Assembly (NCBI GenBank): GCA_965215195.1
Contig: CBDCDC010000002.1
Location: forward strand, 3,360,001 to 3,424,000
Reading direction: 5' to 3'
Source of the DNA: Candidatus Latescibacterota bacterium
GTDB lineage: Bacteria; Latescibacterota; UBA2968; UBA8231
Length of the DNA stretch: 64,000 bases
Position 1 is the stretch's first letter. Every line of letters begins with the position of its first letter. Both the position numbers and the translations under genes were made by a program. Of the stretch, positions 51,030-61,299 are shown in pieces. The notes under the pieces were generated by a model. It was not told the DNA's origin and searched no databases. It saw only the letters and a program-made list of their open reading frames with translations.

Positions 51030-51770
51030 ATGCCTAACCTAGCAGCCCTTTTGAAAGAAGAGATCAGCAAGATCGCCCGCAAAGAAGTGCAAGACCAAAT
51101 GCGCGAGCTCAAGAAGACAGTGGGCGAACAGCGCACTGCGATCGCTCGCTTGGAAAAGCAAATCGGCCCAGCAAAGGCAAAAGCCGCCGCCAAATCAGCC
51201 GCTGCCAAGCCGGCTGCCAAAGTCAGCGAAGCACCTGCCGGCGCAAAGGAAAAACCAATCCGCATCTCCCCGGATACGATTCTCAAGCACCGCAAGCGCC
51301 TCAAGCTCTCCCAAGCCGAACTGGGCAAATTGCTCAACGTTAGCACCAACACTGTTCTGCGCTGGGAAGCAGGCAAATCCAAACCGCGCAGCAAGCACCT
51401 GCCGGGACTCGACCAACTCCGCTCCATAAGCCTGCGGGAAGTCAAGAAACTCGGCTCAGCATCGGCCGATGCCCAACCGGCCGACGCCCAATCAACCGAC
51501 GCCCAACCGACCGACGAAGTCAGCGAAGCACCTGCCGGCGCGAAGGAAAAACAAGTCCGCCGCCGCCGCATCTCCCCGGATACGATTCTCAAGCACCGCA
51601 AGCGCCTCAAGCTCTCCCAAGCCGAACTGGGCAAGTTGCTCAACGTTAGCACCAACACTGTTCTGCGTTGGGAAGCGGGCAAATCCAAACCGCGCAGCAA
51701 GCACCTGCCGGGACTCGACCAACTCCGCTCCATAAGCCTGCGGGAAGTCAAGAAACAGCTCGACGAATAA
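51030..51770 (+). CDS. DNA-binding protein: coiled coil, AK-rich linker, tandem near-identical XRE-HTH domains
   Basis: LSQAELGKLLNVSTNTVLRWEAG twice; DNA repeat 51220-51450 / 51517-51756. Confidence 0.85.
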   Translation: MPNLAALLKEEISKIARKEVQDQMRELKKTVGEQRTAIARLEKQIGPAKAKAAAKSAAAKPAAKVSEAPAGAKEKPIRISPDTILKHRKRLKLSQAELGKLLNVSTNTVLRWEAGKSKPRSKHLPGLDQLRSISLREVKKLGSASADAQPADAQSTDAQPTDEVSEAPAGAKEKQVRRRRISPDTILKHRKRLKLSQAELGKLLNVSTNTVLRWEAGKSKPRSKHLPGLDQLRSISLREVKKQLDE

Positions 51771-51788
51771 CCGGCTTTGCATAAGAAC

Positions 51789-51824
51789 CAAAACCCCCTT
51801 AGTCCGCGGACTAAGGGGGTTTTG
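51789..51824. terminator. intrinsic terminator
   Basis: Perfect palindrome CAAAACCCCCTTAGTCCGCGGACTAAGGGGGTTTTG. Confidence 0.85.
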
Positions 51825-51901
51825 TAGTATTAGTGATTAGTCGCCTAAAGGCGCGGTGAAGCCCACACCACCGCCGAGGGGTTGGGACTAACCACGAACT
51901 A

Positions 51902-52723
51902 TCACTGCCAGTGCGCTATATAGTCGCCCATCTGCTGCTGCAACTCCGCGTTGCCGCGCTTAACGGCTCCTCGCCAGACAATCCGCGCCTTGTGCAATAG
52001 CATGGCGCACGCGGCCGCAGCGCGATCCGCTGTGAGTTGCGGCTCCTCGCGCAGCAGCTTGTCGAGCGCGTACACCCGGAAGCGATCCATCGCGTAGTGC
52101 GCCTGCGATAGTTGATCGGCGTGGCCGCCGTATTTGCGGATGAGTTGCTCGGCCAAATAGACCACTTCGTAGCGGCAGGTAATCCGCAGCCAAAGTTCGT
52201 AGTCCTCGCAAGCGGGCAGGCATTCGTCAAATAGACCGACGTCCGCAAAGACCCGGCGGTGAATCGCAATCGACGAAGGCGACATAACACACAAGGGCAA
52301 GGCTTTGTAGAAAATGTCGCCGCCGTATTTCTGGTGGTGTTTGTGGGGGTTGACCCGCACGCCATTGCGGATCCAAATCTCGTCGGTGTGGCATACCAAC
52401 AACCCGCTCTCGCGCAGAGCCGCTGCTTGGCGTACGAGTTTGTTGGGCAGCCATTCGTCGTCCGAGTCGAGCAGGGCGATCCACTCGCCCTCGGCCGCCG
52501 CGATCCCGCGATTGCGCGCGGCCGAGACCCCGCTGTTTTCCTCCAAGATCACCATTTTGACTGCACTGCCAAATTCCTCGCGCACCCGCTGGGGCGTACC
52601 ATCGTCGGAGGCGTCGTCCACCACGATCACTTCAAAATCCGCCCCTTGCTGCGCCAGTACCGAGCGGATCGCCCGGCCGACTAACGCACGGCGGTTGTAC
52701 ACGGGAATGACCACCGAGAACAC
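51902..52723 (-). CDS. glycosyltransferase family 2
   Basis: SVVIPVYNR, VDDASDD, LDSDD, EDYELWLR. Confidence 0.92.
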   Translation of the reverse strand: MFSVVIPVYNRRALVGRAIRSVLAQQGADFEVIVVDDASDDGTPQRVREEFGSAVKMVILEENSGVSAARNRGIAAAEGEWIALLDSDDEWLPNKLVRQAAALRESGLLVCHTDEIWIRNGVRVNPHKHHQKYGGDIFYKALPLCVMSPSSIAIHRRVFADVGLFDECLPACEDYELWLRITCRYEVVYLAEQLIRKYGGHADQLSQAHYAMDRFRVYALDKLLREEPQLTADRAAAACAMLLHKARIVWRGAVKRGNAELQQQMGDYIAHWQ

Positions 52724-52730
52724 AGCCGGC

Positions 52731-54842
52731 TCAGTTGCTGGCAGCGAGCGCGGCGGCCGCGTCTAGTTTTTCGATGACCATTTCTGGCGTAATAACCTCG
52801 GGCAACACCAGCGGCTGGTCGATAAGACCGGCGGGAAAAATTGCGTACAGGGGCACCCCGGAGCGACCAAAAGCGCGCAAGAGCTGCGTGATCTCGGGGT
52901 TGCGGTTGGTCCAATCGGCTTTGACTAGAGCCACATTGAGCGCGGCAAACCGCTCGCGTACCACTTGCTGCGCCAACACGGCCCGCTCGTTGACTTTGCA
53001 CGTCCAGCACCACTCGGCCGTAAAGTCGATAAAGACCATCTGCCCGCCCGCGACCAATTCCTCGACGCGGGTGGCACTAAACGGCTGCCAGTCTAGTTCA
53101 GATGCTGCCGTCTGCTCGGCCGCTAGCAACGGATGGACAAAGATCGCATAGCTGCCCAAAACCAGCGCCAGCGCCACCGCACGGGCCACCCTCTTTGAAC
53201 GGTTGGGATGCTGGAAGCTGCCCCACTGACCCCAGACCCAGCAGGCCAGCCCCAGACCCAGCAAAAAGGCACCCGTCCACACTACGCCTTCGACCCCGAC
53301 CTGATTGCCCAAGACCCAGAGTAACCACAGCACCGTGGCCATCAGCAAAAAGCCCATTAGCTGCTTGAACCGCACCATCCAAGGGCCGGGTTTGGGTAAG
53401 CGCCCGATCCACGCCGGCTCAATCGCCAGCACCACATACGGCAGGGCCATACCCGCGCCAATCGCCAAAAAAACTGCGACGACGACGCCGGCCGGCTGGG
53501 CAAAGGCAAACCCAAGCGCGGTCCCCAAAAAGGGCGCGGTGCAGGGCGTGGCCAGAATCGTCGCCAGCACGCCGTTGAGAAAGGATCCCGTCAACCCCTC
53601 GCGTCCGTCTAGCCCTCCCAAGCTGCTGGTTCCCGGAAGCAGGATTTCATAAACGCCGAACAGATTTAGGGCCAACGCGAAGACCAAGGCACTCATCGCC
53701 ACCACAAAACCCGGGTACTGGAACTGAAAACCCCAACCGATCTGCTCACCACTGCTTTTGACCAACAGCACTGCTAGCGCCAGCGCCAAAAAAGTGGCCA
53801 CAATACCGGCGCAAAACGCCCACCCTAGTTGCCGCACTCGCTTGGTTTCCTCGCCGGCTTGATTGACAAACCCTAGCACCTTGAGCGAGATGACCGGCAA
53901 CACGCAGGGCATCAGGTTGAGGATCAACCCACCCAACGCCGCAAAGGCCATATAGACCCACAGCGACCGAGCGACCTGCCCGCTAGCCGCGCGGTAATCC
54001 CGCTGCAAGAGCCCCCCTCCCTCGCGCGGCGCAGCGCGCAAATTTAGCACCAGCGTCCCGGCCTGCACCTCGCCATCTAGCCCATAGACGAGCACTCCGC
54101 GCAACGCATCGACTTCGGCGTCGCCGTAGGGTTCGACAGACAGCACGAGGTGATCGGCCGCTAGGCGCCGGGTGGAAAGCGCAAAATCGTCGGCTGCCAG
54201 CGGATAAAAGTCGGGCATCTGCTCGCCCTGCTCGAAAGCCTTGTCCTCGTGGGAAAGGCGCACGTCAACCTTCAAAGCCCCCTCGCCCCGCACGGCGAGT
54301 TCTACCGCAATGCGCTCGTCCAACGCGCCCGGCACCCGCGCTGCATAGCGGTCAAATTGCGCCTGCTGGGCGCTCGGCTTGCCGACGGCGGCCACTGGCA
54401 GCGCCAGCGCCAACGACGCCTCGCCCGGGATGCACAATTCGCGGCACACCAGCCAAGAGACCTCGGCCGCAAGGCGCAGCGTATCCCCGGCTGCCAACGC
54501 GCTCGGCGCGGTAGCCTCGGCCATGAGCAGCACTTCGTCGGCATACCCATAGACCACCAGCTCCCCTTGTTCCTCGAATTTGTTGGGCAAGGGCCATTGC
54601 AACGGTCCTACCACAACCCCGGCCGGTAGCTGCCACTCAACCTCGATCGGCAAGCCGGCGTCGCCGCTAAAAATCCAATAGGTATGCCACCCCTCCTCCA
54701 TCTTCAGCTCGACTCCCAGCCGGAAGGGCTGGCCGGGAACCACGGCATGTACATCGGCCAAAAAATTGGCCTGTACTGGGTGGTCGTCGGCGTTGAGCCG
54801 CCCGTAGAGGACTAACGCGAGGAGGAAGATGAGATTGTACAT
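52731..54842 (-). CDS. dsbD: protein-disulfide reductase DsbD family (N-domain, TM domain, thioredoxin)
   Basis: GWHTYW, CRELC, NLMPCVLPV, ATPCTAP, FTAEWCWTC. Confidence 0.88.
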   Translation of the reverse strand: MYNLIFLLALVLYGRLNADDHPVQANFLADVHAVVPGQPFRLGVELKMEEGWHTYWIFSGDAGLPIEVEWQLPAGVVVGPLQWPLPNKFEEQGELVVYGYADEVLLMAEATAPSALAAGDTLRLAAEVSWLVCRELCIPGEASLALALPVAAVGKPSAQQAQFDRYAARVPGALDERIAVELAVRGEGALKVDVRLSHEDKAFEQGEQMPDFYPLAADDFALSTRRLAADHLVLSVEPYGDAEVDALRGVLVYGLDGEVQAGTLVLNLRAAPREGGGLLQRDYRAASGQVARSLWVYMAFAALGGLILNLMPCVLPVISLKVLGFVNQAGEETKRVRQLGWAFCAGIVATFLALALAVLLVKSSGEQIGWGFQFQYPGFVVAMSALVFALALNLFGVYEILLPGTSSLGGLDGREGLTGSFLNGVLATILATPCTAPFLGTALGFAFAQPAGVVVAVFLAIGAGMALPYVVLAIEPAWIGRLPKPGPWMVRFKQLMGFLLMATVLWLLWVLGNQVGVEGVVWTGAFLLGLGLACWVWGQWGSFQHPNRSKRVARAVALALVLGSYAIFVHPLLAAEQTAASELDWQPFSATRVEELVAGGQMVFIDFTAEWCWTCKVNERAVLAQQVVRERFAALNVALVKADWTNRNPEITQLLRAFGRSGVPLYAIFPAGLIDQPLVLPEVITPEMVIEKLDAAAALAASN

Positions 54843-54874
54843 GGGAACCTCGAAGGAGAGATAAGGGGAAGGGG

Positions 54875-54963
54875 ATAGGGCGGTGCCCCTACGCGATTTG
54901 CCCAGAGCGTTGGTAGGGGTGCCCCTAGAGACGACTAGGGCAATCACAAAGATCGCCCCCACA
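54875..54963. repeat. degenerate GTAG-type REP cluster
   Basis: TAGGGCGGTGCCCCTAC, GTAGGGGTGCCCCTA, AGGGCAATCACAAAGATCGCCCC; related to the REP at 25832. Confidence 0.55.
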
Positions 54964-54965
54964 GG

Positions 54966-55571
54966 TCACCCGCGCAGCACGGCTCGATGGATCTGCTCGA
55001 TGTCGATTAAGCGGCAACCCAAGCGGCGGGCGCAATCCACTAGCTGCTGGCCCTTGGCCATTGAGCCGTCAGGAGCCATCACTTCGGACATCACTGCCGC
55101 CGGAAAAAGTTCGGCCTGACGGGCCAACTCCACCGCGCCCTCGGTGTGCCCCTGGCGGCTGAGCAGCCCTTCTGGGCGGGCGGCTAAGGGCAATACGTGC
55201 CCAGGGATGACGATATCGTCGGGGCCGGTATCCGGCTGGAGGGCGCGCCGGATGGACGTGGCGCGGTCTTCAGCCGAAACGCCGGTTCCAATCCCCTCTA
55301 GCGCGTCAAACGGCAGGCCGAAGCGCGGGGTCGTCCAGTCGGCGTTGTGCGGCTCAATCAGTCCGACGCCGAGACGCGCTAAGTGGTTCTCGGTCGTGGC
55401 TAGGTGTAGCATGCCACGCGCCTCTTTGAGCATTTGATTGATCGCAGCACCCGAAACGCATTCGGCGGCCACGATCAGATCGCCTTCGTCTTCCCGCTCG
55501 CGCGCATCCACTAAAATTAGGAACTGTCCAGCGCGGAAATCCGCGATCGCTTCGTTGAGCCGACAGAACAT
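54966..55571 (-). CDS. ribB: 3,4-dihydroxy-2-butanone-4-phosphate synthase-like protein
   Basis: REDEGDL, TGVSAEDRA, PGHVLPL, RQGHTEG; divergent in the Cys region. Confidence 0.8.
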   Translation of the reverse strand: MFCRLNEAIADFRAGQFLILVDAREREDEGDLIVAAECVSGAAINQMLKEARGMLHLATTENHLARLGVGLIEPHNADWTTPRFGLPFDALEGIGTGVSAEDRATSIRRALQPDTGPDDIVIPGHVLPLAARPEGLLSRQGHTEGAVELARQAELFPAAVMSEVMAPDGSMAKGQQLVDCARRLGCRLIDIEQIHRAVLRG

Positions 55572-56693
55572 TTATTGCACCCGGTGCGCCATAAGCACCG
55601 CTTCGTCGAGTTCAATTCCCAAGCCGGGCGCGTCCGGCACCCGGATGTGGCCGTCTATTGTGGTTTCTGCCGGACGCACCAACTCGCCGCGCCAATCCAC
55701 CTCGCCAAACGCAAATTCGAGCACCGTGAAGTTGGCAACGGTCGCCGCCAAGTGTACCCCGGCCATCGTCGATACCGGACCCGCCGGGCTGTGGGGCGCG
55801 ATTGGCATCTGTGCTACCTCGGCCAACGCGGCAATGCGCCGGCATTCGGTAATGCCACCGGCGTGTTTGACATCTGGCATCAGCACATCCACTGCTCCTT
55901 GGGCAATGTAAGGCCAAAAGCCTTCGCGGCCGACGAGTGACTCGCCGCCGGCAATGGTCTGGCCCGAGTGCAGCCGCAACTGGCGCAGGGCATCGACTTG
56001 GTTGCGCGGCACGGGCTCCTCAAACCAGTGCAGATCGAGCGGACGCACCTTTTCGGCCACCTTAAAAGCCAAAGCCAAGTCAAAGCGCTGATGGCAATCG
56101 ACCAACAGTTCGATTTCGTCGCCAATGGCCTCCCGCGTCGCCACAAGCCGCGCGATCCCTTTGTCCGCGCTGCGCTCAACCCCACCGCGATCCATCCGCC
56201 GCCAATGCACCTCGTCAAAGGGCGTGCTCTTGACGGCACCAAAGCCGGCGTCAACCGCTCGGCGCGCTGCATCGGCAAACCCCTGTGGGCTGCGGTCGCG
56301 GGTGCCGCGATTGAGATTGGCGTACAAGCGCACCGCGCCGCGCCGCTTGCCGCCCAGCAGGCGCCAAGCCGGCACCCCGAGTGCCTTGCCGGCCAAATCC
56401 CACAGCGCTTGGTCGACTGCGCTCCGCGCCGTGGCCCCGACGCGGCCGGCGTCGCCCGAGAAAATCGCCGCGCCCCGCGCCATTTGTTCCCACAATACCT
56501 CTACTTGGGTCGGGTCTGCGCCCACCAACCGCGGCCCCAATTGCTCCAGCGCGGCCGCGACCAAGCCATCGTTGCCGCTCTGGCTCGCTTCGCCCAGCCC
56601 ACTCAGCCCGGCGTCGGTGTGGATTTGCACGAAGAGCCAATTGCCGCGCTGCGACGCCGCCACTGAATGCAGTTCCAAACGAGTAATTTTCAC
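55572..56693 (-). CDS. mandelate racemase/enolase-superfamily acid-sugar dehydratase (DgoD-like)
   Basis: SAVDQALWDL.GK, VDCH, WFEEP, GGE, PDVKHAGG, APH. Confidence 0.85.
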   Translation of the reverse strand: MKITRLELHSVAASQRGNWLFVQIHTDAGLSGLGEASQSGNDGLVAAALEQLGPRLVGADPTQVEVLWEQMARGAAIFSGDAGRVGATARSAVDQALWDLAGKALGVPAWRLLGGKRRGAVRLYANLNRGTRDRSPQGFADAARRAVDAGFGAVKSTPFDEVHWRRMDRGGVERSADKGIARLVATREAIGDEIELLVDCHQRFDLALAFKVAEKVRPLDLHWFEEPVPRNQVDALRQLRLHSGQTIAGGESLVGREGFWPYIAQGAVDVLMPDVKHAGGITECRRIAALAEVAQMPIAPHSPAGPVSTMAGVHLAATVANFTVLEFAFGEVDWRGELVRPAETTIDGHIRVPDAPGLGIELDEAVLMAHRVQ

Positions 56694-56832
56694 ACGGTCT
56701 CTCCAGCGTAAAACTGCGCCCTCAGAAAACATAAAGAAGAGACAGTCAAGCCGCTACGCACGGCGGGGTTCACGCGGTTCAACGGAGTCGTTATGTTTTT
56801 AGTTCGCTCCCTCTTGCCCCGGAGGTGAAAGC

Positions 56833-59082
56833 ATGGATCTCTTCGACGCCGGACTTCGGGATCGCCAAGCCGCGGACCAACCCCTAGCCGCCCGCCTGCG
56901 GCCGCGCACCTTAGGCGAATACGTCGGCCAAGACCACATTCTCGGGCCGGGCCGCCTGCTGCGGCGCGCCATTGAGGCCGATCAACTCTCCTCGCTGATT
57001 TTCTACGGCCCGCCCGGCACGGGCAAAACCACGCTCGCCGCGGTCATCGCCCACACCACCCGCGCCCATTTTATCTCCATCAACGCCGTTTTGGCCGGGG
57101 TCGCCGACATTCGCCGGGCCGTCGATGAAGCCGGCCAGTTGCGCAAGTTGCACAGCCGCAAAACCATCCTCTTCATCGACGAGGTCCACCGCTTCAACAA
57201 GGCCCAGCAAGACGCGCTCCTGCCTTGGGTCGAAAACGGCACCATCATCCTCATCGGCGCGACCACCGAAAATCCATACTTCTCGGTCAACCGCCCCCTG
57301 CTCTCGCGCAGCCGGGTTTTTCAGCTACAAGGGCTTGACTCCGACGCCCTCGCGCACATCGCCCAACAGGCGCTCGCCGACTCGCGCGGCTATGGCCATG
57401 TCCGCGTCGTTCTGCACCCCGAAGCCCTCGCGCACCTGATCGACGTGGCCAACGGCGACGCCCGCGCCCTGCTCAACGCCCTAGAGTTGGCGGTCGAAAC
57501 CACCGAGCCAGACACCCAAGGGCGGATCGCCATCGACCTAGCAGTGGCCGAGGAGTCCATCCAGCGCCGCGCCCTGCTCTACGACAAGGAGGGCGACTAC
57601 CACTTCGACGCCATCAGCGCCTTTATCAAATCCATGCGCGGCTCGGATCCAGACGCCACCCTCTACTGGCTGGCGCGGATGGTGTACGCCGGCGAAGACC
57701 CGCGCTTTCTCTTTCGCCGCATGCTCATCTTCGCCAGCGAAGACGTCGGCCTCGCCGACGAGCGCGCCCTCCAGGTCGTCGTGGCCGCGGCTGAATCCTT
57801 TGACCGCATCGGTCTGCCCGAAGGGCGCTTTCCCTTGGCGCACGCCGCCTTGTACTTGGCCACCGCGCCCAAGAGCAACTCAACTATGGCCTTTTTCGAC
57901 GCGCTCGCGGTCGTGGAAAAAGAGCGCGAAGGCGAGGTGCCCAGCCACCTCAAAGACGCCAGCCGCGACAGCGAGGGCTTTGGCCACGGCGCGGGTTATC
58001 TCTACCCCCACGCCTACCGCGAGCACTGGGTTGCCCAGCAGTACCTGCCCGCCGCTCTGCAGGGCCGCATCTTCTACCAGCCCTCGGATCAAGGCCGCGA
58101 AAAAGAAGCTGGTGACCGCGTCCGCCAACGCCGCGAGCTACAGCTCGCCGCCATGCGAGAAGCCGAGGCCGCCCCGGCCGAGATTCTGTCCCTGTCCCCG
58201 CCCGACCAAGTGCGCGACCAATGGCTCAAGCGCGCCAGCGGCGACGTTGGCACCCAACTAGAGCACACGCGCCAACGCCTCTTCGCCCCGCTCGCACTGG
58301 CGCGCCATCACCTCGTCCTCGACTTGGAGGCCGGCACGGGCCTGCTCACTTGGGAAGCCCTGCGGCGCGTGCCCGAAGGCGGCGTCTGGGCGCACACCAG
58401 CGACAAGATCGCGGCCGTGGCCCTGCACGAAACCGCCGCCCACCTAGCCGAGATCGAGCGGCCCCAAGTGCTGCAAGGCCCGCTCGCCGCCCTCGCCGAC
58501 CAGCTCGCCGCTCGCGACCCCGACATTCTTTTTGACGCCATCATCGGGCGCAATGCCCTCGGCGCACTAGCGCACAAGGCCGAAGTCATCGCAGCCCTGC
58601 ATCGCCACCTCGCCCCACAGGGCCGCGTCAGCTTGGTCGAGACCCTCGCGCGCCGGTCGCAGCGCCTGTACCAGTTGCTCGACTTACAGCGGCTCGGCGA
58701 CCTAGGCGAGCGCCTCGTCGCGGCCGAAGAGGCCATTTACGCCGCGCCCGACAATCCGCGTGTCAATTGGGATGCCGCGGATCTCGAACAAATGTTCGCG
58801 GCCGCGGGCTTTGGTGCGGTGCAGGTGCGGGTGGAAGCGGTGCAGTCGCAGCGGCACATTGAGCCGCGCCATCTCGCGCACTGGTTCAATCCCGGCGGCG
58901 AGAAGCGGCACACGTACGCCCACCATCTGACCCAGCATCTCGACGAAGGCGAGCTGCGGCGGGTGCGCAAGCTCTTTGAGCAGAGCTTGGCCAACCACAC
59001 GGTGACTTGGACGACATCTCAGGTATTCATCGCGGCGGAAGGGCGGCGAGAAAGCGATGCGGATGCAGCACCTAAGAATTGA
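56833..59082 (+). CDS. rarA: RarA/MgsA AAA+ ATPase fused to a C-terminal SAM-methyltransferase-like domain
   Basis: [39 protein letters not shown]; C-terminal VLDLEAGTG. Confidence 0.9.
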   Translation: MDLFDAGLRDRQAADQPLAARLRPRTLGEYVGQDHILGPGRLLRRAIEADQLSSLIFYGPPGTGKTTLAAVIAHTTRAHFISINAVLAGVADIRRAVDEAGQLRKLHSRKTILFIDEVHRFNKAQQDALLPWVENGTIILIGATTENPYFSVNRPLLSRSRVFQLQGLDSDALAHIAQQALADSRGYGHVRVVLHPEALAHLIDVANGDARALLNALELAVETTEPDTQGRIAIDLAVAEESIQRRALLYDKEGDYHFDAISAFIKSMRGSDPDATLYWLARMVYAGEDPRFLFRRMLIFASEDVGLADERALQVVVAAAESFDRIGLPEGRFPLAHAALYLATAPKSNSTMAFFDALAVVEKEREGEVPSHLKDASRDSEGFGHGAGYLYPHAYREHWVAQQYLPAALQGRIFYQPSDQGREKEAGDRVRQRRELQLAAMREAEAAPAEILSLSPPDQVRDQWLKRASGDVGTQLEHTRQRLFAPLALARHHLVLDLEAGTGLLTWEALRRVPEGGVWAHTSDKIAAVALHETAAHLAEIERPQVLQGPLAALADQLAARDPDILFDAIIGRNALGALAHKAEVIAALHRHLAPQGRVSLVETLARRSQRLYQLLDLQRLGDLGERLVAAEEAIYAAPDNPRVNWDAADLEQMFAAAGFGAVQVRVEAVQSQRHIEPRHLAHWFNPGGEKRHTYAHHLTQHLDEGELRRVRKLFEQSLANHTVTWTTSQVFIAAEGRRESDADAAPKN

Positions 59083-59142
59083 TTTATGGCGTCTCGCGGC
59101 TTACCTTATCCGCATTCCGCCACCCCTAACCCGCCATAGACC

Positions 59143-60357
59143 ATGATCGCCAAGCGCCTAACCTGCCTCCTTTTATTGGGCCTCAGCGCCTGTAGCACCA
59201 CCGAAGAGCAGGTCGTTGAGCTTCTAGAACAGATGGCCGCCAACCCGGTGGATGCGCCCGCCTATCAGCAATCCATCGACGAATTGGCCGCCATTGGCCG
59301 CCCGGCCGCCCGCCAGCTCATCGCCCGCCTCAACCCCGACCTGTACCTCGGCGAAAACTACCGCGAGTTCCGCGACGAACAGGAAAAGCTCCGCATCGGT
59401 TGCGCCCGAGCTTTGGGCCGCATCAAGCCGCGCGGGGCCACAGCCGCGCTCAAGGATCGGATCACAACCGCCTATACCGACCGCGAGCGCATCGCCTGCC
59501 TGTGGGCCATGGGCCAAGTCGGCTACGTCCAAGCGGGCGTGGATGCGGCCAAAGTCCAGCTCGACGACCCCGATCCCATCATCCGCATCCACGCGGCCAT
59601 CGCCCTGCTCAAGATGGACGACGAGCTCGGCACCAGCGAAATCGAAGCCGCCCTAACCGGCAACGACCCGGGCTTGGTCCAAACCGCCCTGCAAGGGCTA
59701 GAGGAAGCTGGCTACTTCGGCGTCCCGCTGCTCGTGGAGCTGAGCGGCCGCGCCGGCCCTCACCAAGGCGCACTGCGCTCGGTGATAGCCGAGGTCCAAG
59801 ACCAACTCATCGCTCAGTTAGAGGCCGAAGAGCCCGTCCACCGCCAGCGCGCCGCGCAAGCCCTCGGCTACATCGGCGACGAGAGTGCTGCCGCCGCCCT
59901 AGCCGATCTACTGACAGACCCCAGCAATCAAGTGCGCTTTAGTACGGCTGCCGCCTTGGCCACCATGGGGCGCAGCCGCGGCATTGAGTTCCTCTTTGAG
60001 GCCCTGCGCAACACCGACTCCATCCTCCGCGCCAATGCCGTCAAGTTCCTCACCAACGTCCAGCAACAGTCCGGCGCAGTCGAAGCCCAGCTCATAGCCG
60101 CCCTCAACGACGAGGATCCGCTCGCCCGCGCCGGCGCAGCTCAAGTCTTGGGCCAAGCGCGTGTGCAATCTGCCCTCAGCGCCCTGCTGGCGGCCACCAT
60201 GGACGAGGTTGCCGACGTGCGCACCAACGCGGCCATTGCCCTCGGTCAAATCGGCGGCGACCAAAGCCGCGCCCAGCTCGAAAAATTGCGCCGCGACAGC
60301 GACGCCACCGTTTCCTACTACGCCGAGTGGGCCTTGGGTCAGCTCGGATCTAGTTGA
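59143..60357 (+). CDS. HEAT-repeat lipoprotein
   Basis: Lipobox LSA-C; repeated D....VR..AA.ALG. Confidence 0.82.
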   Translation: MIAKRLTCLLLLGLSACSTTEEQVVELLEQMAANPVDAPAYQQSIDELAAIGRPAARQLIARLNPDLYLGENYREFRDEQEKLRIGCARALGRIKPRGATAALKDRITTAYTDRERIACLWAMGQVGYVQAGVDAAKVQLDDPDPIIRIHAAIALLKMDDELGTSEIEAALTGNDPGLVQTALQGLEEAGYFGVPLLVELSGRAGPHQGALRSVIAEVQDQLIAQLEAEEPVHRQRAAQALGYIGDESAAAALADLLTDPSNQVRFSTAAALATMGRSRGIEFLFEALRNTDSILRANAVKFLTNVQQQSGAVEAQLIAALNDEDPLARAGAAQVLGQARVQSALSALLAATMDEVADVRTNAAIALGQIGGDQSRAQLEKLRRDSDATVSYYAEWALGQLGSS

Positions 60358-60376
60358 CCCTAACCCCTCTCGCGCC

Positions 60377-61285
60377 ATGCAAAATGCAATCTGCCTGTTG
60401 TTCGTCCTCTTGGCCCTGCCGCCGTTTGCCGCACCCAGCCGCGCCGGCGAAACGCCCGAGACCCTCCTCATCCGCCAAGCGCTCGCCAACGACATCTCCG
60501 GGTATCGCCGGGCCGATGCCGAGCTGGCCCTCAAGGCGTACCACCCGCACTTCGTCGCCTATCAGGGCCACGCCAACGGCGACCCTCGCGCCTGGACGGT
60601 CCTGCACGAAAACCGCGATGCGTTCGCCAGCCAGCTAGCCGAGGACCTCAGCGCCCGGCGCTACGAGGTCGCACGCACAGTTCCCTTTATCGCGGTGCGC
60701 GCAACCCACGCCATTGCCACCAGCTTAGACTCCGGGCGCGTCGTCGATCGCCAGACCAGCAAGGCCGCGCCGGTCGCCATCCACCGCTTCTGGACTTTTC
60801 TCAAGGAAGAGGACGACTGGCTGGCCACGGCCATGGTCGCGGATTTGGGCGACACGCTCTTGCCCGCGGCCGGCGCGGCCGCCAACGGCGAGATCGCCGA
60901 GCTGTTGCAGCGCGAAAGCCAAGCGTGGGCAGCGGGCAGCGGCATCCTCGGCTTCTTCGACGCAAACTTCACTGGCTGCGACGCCTTGGGCACTTTCAAA
61001 CCGGCCTCCTACAAAATCGCCTTTAGCGGCAGCGAAGAACTAGAAAAGTGGCTCGACAAGCGGTTGCCCTACGTGCAGTACGAGCTCGACCGCAAAGTGC
61101 TCCACACAGCTGTAGGGCCGGCCGGCCGCGAAGCATTGGCCGTCACGCACGAAGAAGTGGCTGTTGAGCACGTCAAAGGGCCGGCCAAACACCACAAGGA
61201 ACGCTACGTGTTCTGGACGCTGAGCCGCCGCTCCGGCTCGTGGAAGATCACCAACATGGTATTCAACGTGGGACTTGCCGACTAG
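60377..61285 (+). CDS. secreted protein with two NTF2/SnoaL-like domains
   Basis: Signal peptide; two halves ending WTFLKEEDDWLA and WTLSRRSGSWKI. Confidence 0.65.
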   Translation: MQNAICLLFVLLALPPFAAPSRAGETPETLLIRQALANDISGYRRADAELALKAYHPHFVAYQGHANGDPRAWTVLHENRDAFASQLAEDLSARRYEVARTVPFIAVRATHAIATSLDSGRVVDRQTSKAAPVAIHRFWTFLKEEDDWLATAMVADLGDTLLPAAGAAANGEIAELLQRESQAWAAGSGILGFFDANFTGCDALGTFKPASYKIAFSGSEELEKWLDKRLPYVQYELDRKVLHTAVGPAGREALAVTHEEVAVEHVKGPAKHHKERYVFWTLSRRSGSWKITNMVFNVGLAD

Positions 61286-61299
61286 CACGGGCGCAACGC

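Noticed and set aside
51830-51900. GCCTAAAGGC hairpin as a second IS605 end
   Set aside because: Lacks the guide/scaffold layout; better explained as a degenerate REP-like inverted repeat.
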